Shown piece by piece: positions 1 through 9,681 of a stretch of 64,000 nucleotides of DNA. Location of the stretch: UHGV virus genome UHGV-1332848; one strand, 5' to 3'. Made by a program: the position numbers and the translations under genes. A model generated the notes under the pieces. The model did not search any database. It saw nothing but the letters and a program-made list of their open reading frames with translations, and was not told where the DNA came from. Origin of the DNA: a virus. Every line of letters starts with the position of its first letter. The first letter of the stretch is position 1.

Positions 1-1341
1 AATTTAATTAATATACTTAGAGGGCAAGGATATAATGTAGTGTTTGATGATTTCCTAGAGTATAAGCCAAGTAAGTATTATGATTTAATAATAGCCAACT
101 TTCCTTTTAGTGAAGGGGACAAGCACTTTCTAAAGGCAATAGAAATACAATCAAGGACTGGTGGAGAAATAATTGCTTTGATAAATGCTCAAACACTAAA
201 GAATACATATAGCAACAATAGAAAATATTTAGCACAATTATTAAGTGAATATGATGCTGAAATTGAATACATAGAAAATGCTTTTAGTGAAGCAGAAAGA
301 AAAACAGATGTAGAAGTGGCTTTAGTTCATGTAAAAATACCAATGGTTAAAACTGAAACTATATTTGAAAGAGAATTTAAAAGAGATAATCCAGAAATAA
401 ATTTCAAAGATATAAATGCTTTAACAGTAAAAATGAATAAGTTACAACAATTAGTTTTTGAATACGATCTGGTTATTAAATCAACTATGACTTTATTTGA
501 AGAAGAAATAAGAATTAATAAGTTATTAGAAGGCTTTGGTATGACTTCGGATATATCTATTTGCAACAGTAACGTTCATGCTAAAAAGCTATCTATGAAT
601 GAATTTATAGAAAATACTAATTTAAAGTTTTGGGATAGATTTATAAAGGAAACAGATTTAGAAACTAGGCTACCTAGTAAACTTAGAAATAGTTTTAGAA
701 GTGATATGCAAAAACAAAGGAATATAGCTTTCAATATGGATAATGTAAGGTATTTCTATGAACAACTTATAGACTCAATACCGAATTCGTATGAGCAAAC
801 ATGCGGTGATTTATTTGAAGCTGTAACAAGAAAATATAATTATACTGATAATGAATGGAATAAAAATATTTGGGGTTATAGTGGTTGGAAAACTAATAAT
901 GCTTATGCAATACAGAAGAAAATTATAATTCCATGTTATTTGTCTGCTGAATCCTTTTGTTATTTGCTACCAGATGAATTATTGGATTTGAACATAGTTT
1001 TCAACAACATAACAGGCATAAGAGATAATGATGAATTTAAATATAGTGGAGAAATCCATAATAGGATAAAGAATAAGGAAAAGAAAATTGAATCAACTCA
1101 CTTTATTATGGATAGCTATAAGAAAGGAACTTTGCATATAACCTTTAAGGATAAAAAAGCATTGGCAGTATTTAATTATCTAGGAAGTAAAGGTAAAGGA
1201 TGGCTTAATGGAGATTTTGCAACTAAGAGTTATTCAGATATGAACGAAGAAGAAAAAGGGATAGTGAAGATTTTAGGATTTGAACCAGTAGATTACAATA
1301 CTTATATTGGTCAAAGAAAAGATTATTTACGATTATTGTAA
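1..1341 (+). CDS. N6-adenine DNA methyltransferase, 5'-truncated by window edge (C-terminal catalytic/TRD portion)
   Basis: Reading frame open from nt 1 (no stop upstream of annotated start). 'LIIANFPF' is an (N/D)PP(F/Y) motif IV variant. Large C-terminal region is typical of a target-recognition domain. Confidence 0.65.
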   Translation, partial: NLINILRGQGYNVVFDDFLEYKPSKYYDLIIANFPFSEGDKHFLKAIEIQSRTGGEIIALINAQTLKNTYSNNRKYLAQLLSEYDAEIEYIENAFSEAERKTDVEVALVHVKIPMVKTETIFEREFKRDNPEINFKDINALTVKMNKLQQLVFEYDLVIKSTMTLFEEEIRINKLLEGFGMTSDISICNSNVHAKKLSMNEFIENTNLKFWDRFIKETDLETRLPSKLRNSFRSDMQKQRNIAFNMDNVRYFYEQLIDSIPNSYEQTCGDLFEAVTRKYNYTDNEWNKNIWGYSGWKTNNAYAIQKKIIIPCYLSAESFCYLLPDELLDLNIVFNNITGIRDNDEFKYSGEIHNRIKNKEKKIESTHFIMDSYKKGTLHITFKDKKALAVFNYLGSKGKGWLNGDFATKSYSDMNEEEKGIVKILGFEPVDYNTYIGQRKDYLRLL

Positions 1342-1342
1342 A

Positions 1343-1389
1343 ATAATTAATTAAAAAGCATTTACAAGTATGAAACTAAATGGTAATAT
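1343..1389 (+). promoter_or_regulatory. AATAATTAATTAAAAA motif followed by TTTACA-17-TAATAT sigma-A-like promoter
   Basis: -35 TTTACA at 1361-1366, 17-nt spacer, -10 TAATAT at 1384-1389. Upstream AT-rich palindromic motif. Confidence 0.55.
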
Positions 1390-1445
1390 ATAGTTAAAGG
1401 GGGAATAAAGACTAATTAAATTTTCCCTTTTAATAATTAATTAAA

Positions 1446-1787
1446 ATGAGAGGTGAAAATATGGTTAAAAGGTTTGTATTAAAACTAAAGAATAGAAAAA
1501 TGCTGGAGGAACTAGATAAGATAAATATTAGAAATTCCGCATTACAAGATTATAAAAAATATGTATGGAATAATAGGTATGAAGAAGATGAGCGATTAAT
1601 AAAAAAGCTAAAGAGAAATTTTATTTTGGCTGAAGAGGTAAATTCTTATACTAAAAAGTATGGGAACTTATACATATATCATAGCATGAACACTATAACA
1701 AAAATATATAATGAAAAAGGTTCATCTAATGGGCTAAATATTGATGTTAAATTGAAAGAAGAGTTAAATTACATATTGGGAATATAG
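1446..1787 (+). CDS. hypothetical protein
   Basis: 113-aa ORF, RBS GAGAGG upstream. No recognisable motif. Confidence 0.5.
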   Translation: MRGENMVKRFVLKLKNRKMLEELDKINIRNSALQDYKKYVWNNRYEEDERLIKKLKRNFILAEEVNSYTKKYGNLYIYHSMNTITKIYNEKGSSNGLNIDVKLKEELNYILGI

Positions 1788-1798
1788 GAGGAATACAT

Positions 1799-2374
1799 AT
1801 GAATAAATTATTTGTTTTAATTGGAAAATCAGGTAGTGGGAAGTCTACTATAGAAAAAGAAATAGACAGATTGGGTTATGCCAATAAAATTATTTCTACT
1901 ACTACACGTAAACCTAGAAGCTTCGAGTATGATTCGATTGATTACTACTTTATAAGCCAAACTGTATTTGATATATATTTAAAGCAAGGGCAATATGCAG
2001 AACATAGTACATATCCAACTGTTTGGGGATTGGCTAGTTACGGAATTAATAAAAATGATATTAAACTCGATGAAGGCAATGCAATAGCGGTTGTGAATCC
2101 GCATGGCTATTTTCAACTCGTTGAGTCATTAGGGAAAGAAAATGTTGTAGGAATATATATAGATAGAAATGATAGAAAAAGGGTTATATCAGCCATAGAA
2201 AGAGATAAGAGTGATGATTTGGTTTCTATATTAGAGGAAGTTACTAGAAGGATTAAGGCTGACGAAAGAGATTTTGAAGGAATGAAAGATAAAGCAGACT
2301 ATGTCGTTAAAAATCATAGACTGCACATAGCAATTGATAAAGTTATAGAAATAATTAAAAAAGAAACCATGTAA
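1799..2374 (+). CDS. guanylate kinase-like P-loop kinase (GMP/dNMP kinase)
   Basis: Walker A 'GKSGSGKST'. Guanylate-kinase signature 'STTTRKPRSFEYDSIDYYF' (S.TTR..R..E..G.dY.F). RBS GGAGG. Confidence 0.7.
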   Translation: MNKLFVLIGKSGSGKSTIEKEIDRLGYANKIISTTTRKPRSFEYDSIDYYFISQTVFDIYLKQGQYAEHSTYPTVWGLASYGINKNDIKLDEGNAIAVVNPHGYFQLVESLGKENVVGIYIDRNDRKRVISAIERDKSDDLVSILEEVTRRIKADERDFEGMKDKADYVVKNHRLHIAIDKVIEIIKKETM

Positions 2375-2457
2375 GAGGTGCAAATAATGGACAAACGTTT
2401 AGAAGAATTATCGAGAGAACTGAAGAGACAATTTTTGAAGAGGAGGAAGTTGAAAGA

Positions 2458-2634
2458 TGAAAGCATTAAGAATAGTAAGTAAAAATAAAATTTCTAATTG
2501 GTGGTGTAAGTCTTGTTCTAGGAGTATGAATGCACTCATCAAGGTGGACAATAGGAGTTTTTGTGATGAATGTGTTCCAGAGCAATTTAAAGACAAATTA
2601 GTTACTGTAAATCAAAATAGGGAGGAAATATAGA
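2458..2634 (+). CDS. small Zn-ribbon-like protein (CxxC...CxxC)
   Basis: 58-aa ORF with AGGAGG RBS, plus strand. Overlaps the minus-strand track ORF 2408..2596, which is considered antisense noise. Confidence 0.4.
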
Positions 2635-2636
2635 TA

Positions 2637-2809
2637 TGGATGAAGACAAGATGTTGTGTCCGTTTAGAAAAGTAATTATTGGTTCAAATAATGGCTTAAA
2701 TCATAAAAGGTTACATAAAACAACAGAAGAATTTGCTTTTTGTGAAGGATACAAGTGTATGGCATATGAATGGCTTTCTAAAAAATGTAGATTAGTAGAC
2801 AATAAGTAA
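2637..2809 (+). CDS. small Cys-rich hypothetical protein
   Basis: 57-aa ORF directly after previous stop, GGGAGG RBS. Confidence 0.4.
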
Positions 2810-2850
2810 ATAAAAAATATATTTTAATAATTAATTGAATGAGGTGAATT

Positions 2851-3036
2851 ATGGGTAGGGGATTAATTGAGAAAATAGGTTGGGAATTAGATGATTTAGA
2901 GGGTTATGCTACAGAATTACGAGACGAAGAAAGCAAGAAAGATATGGAATACAGAGTAGAAAACATTAGAGGATTTTTGAATGAGATTAAATCAGAAATA
3001 GATGATGCAAATAGATGTTTAAAAAATATAAATTAG
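2851..3036 (+). CDS. hypothetical protein
   Basis: 61-aa ORF, RBS GAGGTG, preceded by AATAATTAATT motif. Confidence 0.45.
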   Translation: MGRGLIEKIGWELDDLEGYATELRDEESKKDMEYRVENIRGFLNEIKSEIDDANRCLKNIN

Positions 3037-3067
3037 TTAAAATAACTGTTTTAAGAAAAAAAGAAAC

Positions 3068-3216
3068 TACTTTTTAGTAGTAGATTCTATTTTATCTAAA
3101 TATTCTTTTACTAGGTCATTTAGGATATCGGCAACAGAAAGATTTCTTTCTATAGCATTGATTTTTAATTTTTTAATCATATTCTCTTCGATGTATGTAG
3201 TTAGTTTCTTTCTCAT
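3068..3216 (-). CDS. ribbon-helix-helix (CopG/Arc-like) DNA-binding protein
   Basis: 49-aa minus-strand ORF not in the track. Translation 'MRKKLTTYIEENMIKKLKINAIERNLSVADILNDLVKEYLDKIESTTKK' has an RHH pattern (beta strand + two helices). RBS GAGGTGA 7 nt upstream. Confidence 0.45.
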
Positions 3217-3313
3217 AGGGTATCACCTCAATGATATTATACCATGAAGATTAGATAAAGAAATAAAAAAGTTAAAAGAACCATTTTATATTAAATTAAA
3301 GGAGTGAGTAAAA

Positions 3314-4348
3314 TTGAACGCTACAATATTTATACCACAAACAATAAAAGTAGGCTTTCAAGAAAGAAAGGGTACATATACAGGGAAATTAGCTTATGTA
3401 ATTTATACTGATAACAATGGAAAATTAAGAAAAGAAACATCATGGAATGGTTGGAGGAATAAGGATATAGAACCTGAAGATTATGAAAATACACCAATAG
3501 AGGGATTTGTATTAAATAAAAAGGTTGGAGATTATAGCACAGGTTGGAATCACCGACAAGCTTATACGAGAGTCTATGATCCAAGAGGATTTGAATTTGA
3601 AATAACTATTGAAAATTTACTTTATATATTAGAGAATACAAGTTCTATAAAAGGAAAAGGCTTGGAGGGAGAGTTTGTATATGGTTGGGATGGTAAAGAT
3701 TTAATATTATTACCAACCTGTTCGCCTGATTATAAAGAAATAACAATGTATAGTAATAAAATTCAACACAATAAGTTTATAAAGGCAAAAGATTTAAAAG
3801 TAGGATCTACATATTTAACAAAGCAAAATGAAAAATGGATATATATGGGTAGATTTGATTGTTGGGGTTATGATTGGAGAAATTCTAATAAAGATTATAA
3901 AAATAAAGGTAAACATTATTTCTTTGCATATAAAAGTAGTTATGGAGATGATTATTATTTCACAACAATAAAATCATTGGGACAAAAACTAATAGATGTT
4001 TTAAGTGAAAATTGCTGTGAAAACTATGCTGAACTTTTTGACTTACTGGAAGGGAAAGATATCTATTCACCAGTTGATGAAACTTTAGATGCATATGTTC
4101 CTTATACATATGATGAATTTGAAAAAATTTATAAAGATAGACGTTGGAAGTATATGTACTTCGATAAAAAAAGAAGAGAGTTGATTGTGAATTTAACTGA
4201 TAAAAAATACTACTTAGATGATGATAGATTATATGGAAATAGTAGAGGATATGATTTTATAGATTTGAAAGAAGTTTATGATAGATTAAATCCTTGTTAT
4301 TTAATACAATATTTAAAAAATAAAAAGAAATATAGAGAGGATAAGTAA
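3314..4348 (+). CDS. hypothetical protein
   Basis: 344-aa ORF, TTG start with AAGGAG RBS. Confidence 0.55.
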   Translation: MNATIFIPQTIKVGFQERKGTYTGKLAYVIYTDNNGKLRKETSWNGWRNKDIEPEDYENTPIEGFVLNKKVGDYSTGWNHRQAYTRVYDPRGFEFEITIENLLYILENTSSIKGKGLEGEFVYGWDGKDLILLPTCSPDYKEITMYSNKIQHNKFIKAKDLKVGSTYLTKQNEKWIYMGRFDCWGYDWRNSNKDYKNKGKHYFFAYKSSYGDDYYFTTIKSLGQKLIDVLSENCCENYAELFDLLEGKDIYSPVDETLDAYVPYTYDEFEKIYKDRRWKYMYFDKKRRELIVNLTDKKYYLDDDRLYGNSRGYDFIDLKEVYDRLNPCYLIQYLKNKKKYREDK

Positions 4349-4350
4349 AT

Positions 4351-4764
4351 ATGAGCAATATGAATGATTCAAAAATATTAAAGTTAAAAGAACAAATAAA
4401 GATTAAGAAGGAAAAGTTAAATAAAATAAAAAAGTTTAGTCCAACAACTAATTGCATACTAGATTTAGATGGTGAGAAGTGCAATATACAGGTATTAAAT
4501 AGACAACAAGTTATAAGTTTATTAGTGAAATTAAATTGTTATAGAATATCTGCTGAAGAACTTGAGTTATTAAATGATTATGAACTCAGTGGATATAAAC
4601 TAAATGATTGGATTGAGGATTTGAAAAGTAAATTAGACTTGATAAGTATGAGAGAAGAAGAATTTAAGCTGAAACAAATGGAATTAAAGTTAGACAAGTT
4701 ATTATCTGAAGACAAAAAGGTTGAATTAGAACTAAGTGAAATTGAGTCAATGCTAGGCGAATAA
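4351..4764 (+). CDS. hypothetical coiled-coil protein
   Basis: 137-aa ORF, K/E/L-rich heptad-like sequence. Start overlaps previous stop. Confidence 0.5.
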   Translation: MSNMNDSKILKLKEQIKIKKEKLNKIKKFSPTTNCILDLDGEKCNIQVLNRQQVISLLVKLNCYRISAEELELLNDYELSGYKLNDWIEDLKSKLDLISMREEEFKLKQMELKLDKLLSEDKKVELELSEIESMLGE

Positions 4765-4801
4765 TAGATAAAATGAGACTTTTAAAAATTAATTAAAGGG
4801 G

Positions 4802-5373
4802 ATGATTATTATAAGTGCAACAAATAGAGTAGCTGAAAGAAAACCACAAGATTTTTATGCCACTCCAATAGATTGTGTAGAAAACTTCACAAATAATTAT
4901 GGGGGGTAATATCTGGGAAAATACTAGAACCATCAGCAGGTAATGGAAATATAATTCAAGCACTAAGGAATAAAAATATAAATGGGAATATAACAGCTAT
5001 TGAATTAAGAGAAGAAGAATTAAGTAATTTAAATAAGATTGGTGATAATGTTATAATAACTGATTTTCTAAATGGATTAGATCATAAAGAAAAATATGAT
5101 TATATAATTGGTAATCCACCATATACATATGCAAGAGAATTTGTAGAGAAATGTTTATCAATGCTTAATGAAAATGGAAAGCTAATATTTTTATTGAGAA
5201 CAGCTTTTTTAGAAAGTAAATCAAGGTATGATTTTTGGCAGGATAATCCTTTAAGTGGTCTGTATGTAATGAGTAAAAGACCATCATTTACAGGTAAAGG
5301 AACAGATGCTACAAGCTATAGCTGGTTTGTATGGGATAAGTCAACAGATAAACAAGAGATTAAGGTTATATAG
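4802..5373 (+). pseudogene. N6-adenine DNA methyltransferase interrupted by frameshift at G6 tract (4901-4906)
   Basis: Frame 2 'MIIISATNRVAERKPQDFYATPIDCVENFTNNYGG*' (motif X 'DFYATP') stops at TAA right after GGGGGG. Frame 1 continues 'LWGVISGKILEPSAGNGN...IIGNPPY...' (motif I, motif IV NPPY). A single extra G fuses both into one ~190-aa MTase. Confidence 0.8.
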
Positions 5374-5419
5374 GAAAATAATACATAAAATTACAGATTT
5401 AATAATTAATTGAAAGGAT

Positions 5420-5929
5420 ATGAGATATATGCAAGATGAAATTAAAAAAGTAGAAATTGTATTAGAAAATTGTGAGGTTATTACAGTTGAAGGTAAGCAT
5501 ATAGGAGACTTTATTTGTGATAATATAGAGTATTCTATAAATCGTATGGGGTGTAATTATATAGGTGAGACATATACTTGCAAAGATTTTTCCATGAGTA
5601 TACATAAAGATTGTGCTTTAAATGACAAAGAAGAATGGAGTTTTGGAACTCTTGATAGAAAAAGAAATCCTTTAAAAAGAATCAATGATTATAAAGATAT
5701 AACTTCAATATACATATACTTTACTAATGATAAAAAAGATATTAAACAAATATATGTTAAATGGGGTGGTGACAATGAGTGTATCAATGAATATCAGAAA
5801 TCATACATAAATAAATTTGGAGATTTATTTATAGTTGTAAGTAAAGATTTAAATTTAGAAGATGTTTTTGATTTAGAAGAAATAGAAGATGAAGATTTTA
5901 TGGGTTTTACATGGGATATGTATAGTTAA
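5420..5929 (+). CDS. hypothetical protein
   Basis: 169-aa ORF, RBS AAAGGA, preceded by AATAATTAATT motif. Confidence 0.5.
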   Translation: MRYMQDEIKKVEIVLENCEVITVEGKHIGDFICDNIEYSINRMGCNYIGETYTCKDFSMSIHKDCALNDKEEWSFGTLDRKRNPLKRINDYKDITSIYIYFTNDKKDIKQIYVKWGGDNECINEYQKSYINKFGDLFIVVSKDLNLEDVFDLEEIEDEDFMGFTWDMYS

Positions 5930-5957
5930 AATCAATTAAAATTATGGAGGTTAAAAT

Positions 5958-6356
5958 ATGAGTAAATTTGAAAATTATTTTCTACTGATTATTGCATTAG
6001 CAACAATATCATATTGGGTGATAATGGGCGTTAAAGATAAAAGAAAAACAGATAAAATAAAAAATACTCCAATTGATGTTTATAGGTATAGGTATAAGGT
6101 TTATTTAAATGATGGAAGTTTTTATGAAAAGTTAGCTAATCTTTATGTGACATATTCGTTTGACGACTTTGTAAAAACAGATATTTTATGGAAAGATACT
6201 TTAAAGTATAATGATTCCCTGTCAATAAATACTAAAAATATAACCAAGGTGGAATGTATTAAAACTATACATAATAGAGTAAAACCAATTTTAAGTGATT
6301 TTGGTGTAGATAAAGTTTATACCGAAGAAGAAGTTTTAGAAAGAAAAGTTAAATAG
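5958..6356 (+). CDS. hypothetical membrane-anchored protein
   Basis: N-terminal hydrophobic helix 'YFLLIIALATISYWVIMGV'. RBS GGAGG. Confidence 0.5.
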   Translation: MSKFENYFLLIIALATISYWVIMGVKDKRKTDKIKNTPIDVYRYRYKVYLNDGSFYEKLANLYVTYSFDDFVKTDILWKDTLKYNDSLSINTKNITKVECIKTIHNRVKPILSDFGVDKVYTEEEVLERKVK

Positions 6357-6373
6357 AAAGAAGGAGATGATTA

Positions 6374-7024
6374 ATGGTGATTTGTGTCGGTGGGATGATT
6401 TCATTAGGTAAAAGTTCAGTTGCAAAGATTTTAGGAGAATATTTTAGCTCAGAGGTGTTTTATGAAAGCGTAGAGGATAATAAGATATTGCCATTATTCT
6501 ATACATCAACCGAAGAAGAGATTCAAAGAAATAGATATCCATTTTTACTACAATTATATTTTTTAAATACTAGATTCAAATCAATTAAGCAGGCTTTATA
6601 CCATGACAAAAATATTCTTGATAGAAGTATCTATGAAGATTGGTATTTTGCTAAGAAAAACATGGAATTGGGTAGAATTAGTGAATTAGAATTTGAAATA
6701 TATGAAGGATTGCTAAGCAATATGATGGAAGAGCTTAAAGGGATTTCAAAGAAATCACCCGACTTAATGGTGTACCTCAAAGGTTCTTTTGAAACTGTGT
6801 TAAATAGAATAGCTCTAAGGGGTAGAGAATTTGAGTTAGATGAAGGGTTGAGAGATTATTATCATTTCCTATGGAAAGATTATGATAATTGGGTTATGAA
6901 TCATTACAATGCTTCTCAGGTTTTAATAGTTGATATGGACAAGATGGATGTTGTAAACAATGAAGATGATAAGAAATTATTAATAGAAATGGTTGAAAAT
7001 AAATTAAAAGAGATAAGAAGTTAA
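6374..7024 (+). CDS. deoxynucleoside kinase (dNK/dGK/dCK family)
   Basis: P-loop 'GGMISLGKSS'. 'DRSIYED' resembles the ERS motif of dNKs. Size 216 aa. Confidence 0.65.
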   Translation: MVICVGGMISLGKSSVAKILGEYFSSEVFYESVEDNKILPLFYTSTEEEIQRNRYPFLLQLYFLNTRFKSIKQALYHDKNILDRSIYEDWYFAKKNMELGRISELEFEIYEGLLSNMMEELKGISKKSPDLMVYLKGSFETVLNRIALRGREFELDEGLRDYYHFLWKDYDNWVMNHYNASQVLIVDMDKMDVVNNEDDKKLLIEMVENKLKEIRS

Positions 7025-7060
7025 TGAAAAGTTTATTTTAATAATTAATGTGAAACTATT

Positions 7061-7288
7061 ATGAAGAAAGCGAGGATATTTGAGGTGAAATTACAATGGG
7101 ATAAATATTATATCGTTAAACTGTCGTATTTTAAAGGTAATCCAATCCACGAAAGCATTATATATGTTAGACATGATGTAGAAGGGGAAGAAATAGCTGT
7201 CGTTTTCAAGGGATTTAGTTGTGAAGAAATAAGAATAAATAATTTAAATTATTTTGAAATAGTTAGTCATATTGATATAAAGAAATAG
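7061..7288 (+). CDS. hypothetical protein
   Basis: 75-aa ORF after AATAATTAAT motif. Confidence 0.45.
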   Translation: MKKARIFEVKLQWDKYYIVKLSYFKGNPIHESIIYVRHDVEGEEIAVVFKGFSCEEIRINNLNYFEIVSHIDIKK

Positions 7289-7333
7289 TTCGCAATTGAA
7301 ATATATTACAAAGAAACAGGGGTTGTTTAAATA

Positions 7334-7492
7334 ATGTTTGTTGTACCTAAAAAGAATATGAATAATTTAAGAATGGGAAAACAGTACAAAATCGTAAATG
7401 CTGATTATTACGAATATGAGATACTATGTGAAGATGGAATTAGATTATGGATTGACAAAGGAGATATTGAAAATTTTGATTATCATTGTTAG
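7334..7492 (+). CDS. small hypothetical protein
   Basis: 52-aa ORF with weak RBS. Not in track. Confidence 0.3.
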   Translation: MFVVPKKNMNNLRMGKQYKIVNADYYEYEILCEDGIRLWIDKGDIENFDYHC

Positions 7493-7563
7493 TTTGCAAT
7501 TCAGAAATAATGCATAAATTGATAGTTTTATTCACTTTAGAATAAATTAAATGAGGTGATATT

Positions 7564-8373
7564 TTGGAGAATATACAATTATATAACGGGGATTGTTTAG
7601 AAATTATGGATAAATTAATTGAAGAAGGAATTGTGGTTGATGCTATTATCACAGACATTCCTTATGGAACAACTTCGTGTTGTTGGGATAGTATAATACC
7701 ATTAGAAGATATGTGGAAAAAGATAGATAAGATAAGTAAAGACGAAGCTCCAATAGTATTATTTAGTAGTCAACCTTTTACTTCTCAGCTTATAAATTCT
7801 AATATTAAAAACTATAGAGAAGAAATCATATGGTTGAAAAATAAAGGTGCTAGTGGATTACAAGCTAAACAAAAGCATATCAAAGTACATGAAAATATAA
7901 TTGTTTTTAGTAAAAAAGGCAAATATACATATAATCCTCAAAAATGGGAAGTGAAAGAAAAGGAATTTTTAACTCAAAGAAAAACAATGAGTGTTTATGG
8001 TGAAACAAATAATATATATGGTAATTTAAAAAGAAACAGAAAAGCAGATGATGGAACTAGAAATCCTATATCAATTATACCATTTAGAGTGCCAATAACA
8101 CCTGCGAAAACAAAAAATTATGATAAGTCTATTGATATAAGAATCCACGAAACACAGAAGCCTATATTATTAATGGATTATTTGGTTAGAACTTATAGTA
8201 ATGAAGGGGCAACTATATTAGATTTTACAATGGGTAGTGGAACAACTGGTATATCAGTTTTAAATGTTGGTGGTGATAGAAAATTTATAGGTATAGAAAA
8301 AGACCATACATATTTTGATATAGCAAAAGAAAGAATTGAAAATACATATAATGAGAAGTTAAAAAGTGAATAA
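7564..8373 (+). CDS. DNA methyltransferase (N4-C/N6-A, DPPY motif, ParB-less 'DNA methylase N-4/N-6' family)
   Basis: 'DAIITDIPYG' DPPY motif IV near the N-terminus and C-terminal 'ILDFTMGSGTTG' motif I (beta-class order). RBS GAGGTG. Confidence 0.85.
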   Translation: MENIQLYNGDCLEIMDKLIEEGIVVDAIITDIPYGTTSCCWDSIIPLEDMWKKIDKISKDEAPIVLFSSQPFTSQLINSNIKNYREEIIWLKNKGASGLQAKQKHIKVHENIIVFSKKGKYTYNPQKWEVKEKEFLTQRKTMSVYGETNNIYGNLKRNRKADDGTRNPISIIPFRVPITPAKTKNYDKSIDIRIHETQKPILLMDYLVRTYSNEGATILDFTMGSGTTGISVLNVGGDRKFIGIEKDHTYFDIAKERIENTYNEKLKSE

Positions 8374-8483
8374 AATTTAGATTTTAAAAATAATTAATTA
8401 AATAGTAAATATATTAAGACCTTCAGCATATACTATATTGTAGAATGAAATGTTGGAGGTTTTTTAGTGAAAAATGTTTATAT

Positions 8484-8531
8484 AATAATTAATTAAAAAC
8501 TATTGACAGGTAAAATATGGTTTGGTACAAT
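8484..8531 (+). promoter_or_regulatory. AATAATTAATTAAAAA motif + consensus TTGACA-17-TACAAT promoter
   Basis: TTGACA 8503-8508, 17-nt spacer, TACAAT 8526-8531. Confidence 0.65.
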
Positions 8532-8620
8532 AAGATTAGAGATAAGGAATGACAGCAAGATCAGAAAATGATAAACTTAATTATAAATAAATAGAATATG
8601 TATTTTAAGGGGAGATAAAT

Positions 8621-9196
8621 ATGAAATGTGTGAAATTACTAAAAGAAGATAATGTGGTTTTTATGTTAGACAATGAAGGCGGAAAGCTGAATTTAGAAGA
8701 TGATATAAAAACACAAAGATATGAGAAATCTCATAATGTAAATGTTAAAGATATGGTCAATAAATACTTAGGTGAAGAAGATAACGGGTTTGCAAAAATA
8801 ATTTGTGAAATAGAAAAGTTAGTCAAAAGATATAATATAGATTATTTCATGTACGGGGATGGCAAGAATGTAACTCAAGATAGTTTAGCATTAATATATA
8901 ATTTGAAGAACAGAAATTCTTATATAGATTGTACTTTAAAAGTTTTCTTTAGTATTGAGAAAACATCGCATCATAGCATTGATAGAATTAAATATATGAT
9001 TGATTTTTCGACTGGCTCAAAGGGAAACACTTATGGATTTGAATTCTTCAAGTATTTTACTTGTGATAATTTTTATGAAATTAAACATAAATTAGAATCA
9101 TATTTTTCTGGGAATGACGATAGGGCGAAGGATATAGAAGTTATAGAAGATTGCTTTAATAATGTAAAAAATAGAATAAATTATTATTACAGTTAA
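8621..9196 (+). CDS. hypothetical protein
   Basis: 191-aa ORF, RBS GGGGAG, downstream of strong promoter. Confidence 0.55.
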   Translation: MKCVKLLKEDNVVFMLDNEGGKLNLEDDIKTQRYEKSHNVNVKDMVNKYLGEEDNGFAKIICEIEKLVKRYNIDYFMYGDGKNVTQDSLALIYNLKNRNSYIDCTLKVFFSIEKTSHHSIDRIKYMIDFSTGSKGNTYGFEFFKYFTCDNFYEIKHKLESYFSGNDDRAKDIEVIEDCFNNVKNRINYYYS

Positions 9197-9245
9197 AAGG
9201 TGAAGTGGTAGATAAAATGATGTTTTTATAAAGTATAAAAAAGGG

Positions 9246-9452
9246 GTGGAGTGTGTGACATACAATACAATAGAAGAGTTAATGAATGATTTAAACTCTG
9301 TAGTGGGTAATCTAAATCATAAAGCTGAAAAGAAAGTTTTAGATGAATTTTACGAGGATAAAAGAAAAGAGCTGGAATTTTTAAAGGAACATATAAAAGA
9401 TATTGAAAGTGGAAAATATGAACCTAAAGATTTTGAAAGGTCTAATAGATAA
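9246..9452 (+). CDS. hypothetical protein
   Basis: 68-aa ORF, RBS GGGGTGGAG. Confidence 0.45.
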   Translation: MECVTYNTIEELMNDLNSVVGNLNHKAEKKVLDEFYEDKRKELEFLKEHIKDIESGKYEPKDFERSNR

Positions 9453-9483
9453 ATGATGTTATTTAATATGGAGGGGTGAGGTT

Positions 9484-9669
9484 TTGGGGAGAAGAAGAAA
9501 AGCAAAATGCGAGGGAAATATTTGTCCTCACTGCAATATTGAAATGGAATATGAGAATGGGGAAAATGGAGAACTTACAGAATTTTGGTGGGAATGCAAA
9601 GAATGTGGCAGAAGCTATGATGAAAACAGAAATGATATAACTGAATATGAATTTATGGATATTAAGTAG
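9484..9669 (+). CDS. Zn-ribbon protein (CPHC...CKECG)
   Basis: 61-aa ORF, two CxxC pairs, RBS GGAGGGGTGAGG. Confidence 0.5.
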   Translation: MGRRRKAKCEGNICPHCNIEMEYENGENGELTEFWWECKECGRSYDENRNDITEYEFMDIK

Positions 9670-9681
9670 GAGGTTTTCAAA

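Noticed and set aside
327-566. Minus-strand track ORFs embedded in plus-strand genes: 327-566, 2408-2596, 3330-3584, 4257-4484, 7440-7658, 14943-15416, 17166-17360, 18806-19006, 23108-23290, 24460-24753, 25742-25951, 26104-26304, 27102-27326, 27741-27944, 28973-29194, 31752-31973, 35727-35930, 36261-36443, 38990-39175, 39425-39619, 41202-41438, 42643-42897, 42894-43076, 43755-44024, 44792-45097, 46048-46263, 46448-46660, 46777-46974, 47127-47426, 49370-49561, 50492-50761, 52574-52789, and plus-strand 59448-59669, 61740-61955, 63635-63844 inside minus genes
   Set aside because: They have hydrophobic/low-complexity translations typical of antisense frames in AT-rich DNA. There is no RBS and they overlap well-supported genes on the opposite strand.
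1396-1432. Possible terminator hairpin AAAGGG...CCCTTT downstream of the 1343-1389 promoter
   Set aside because: It has a short, imperfect stem with a 20-nt loop and lies between a promoter and its gene. That is not convincing as a terminator.
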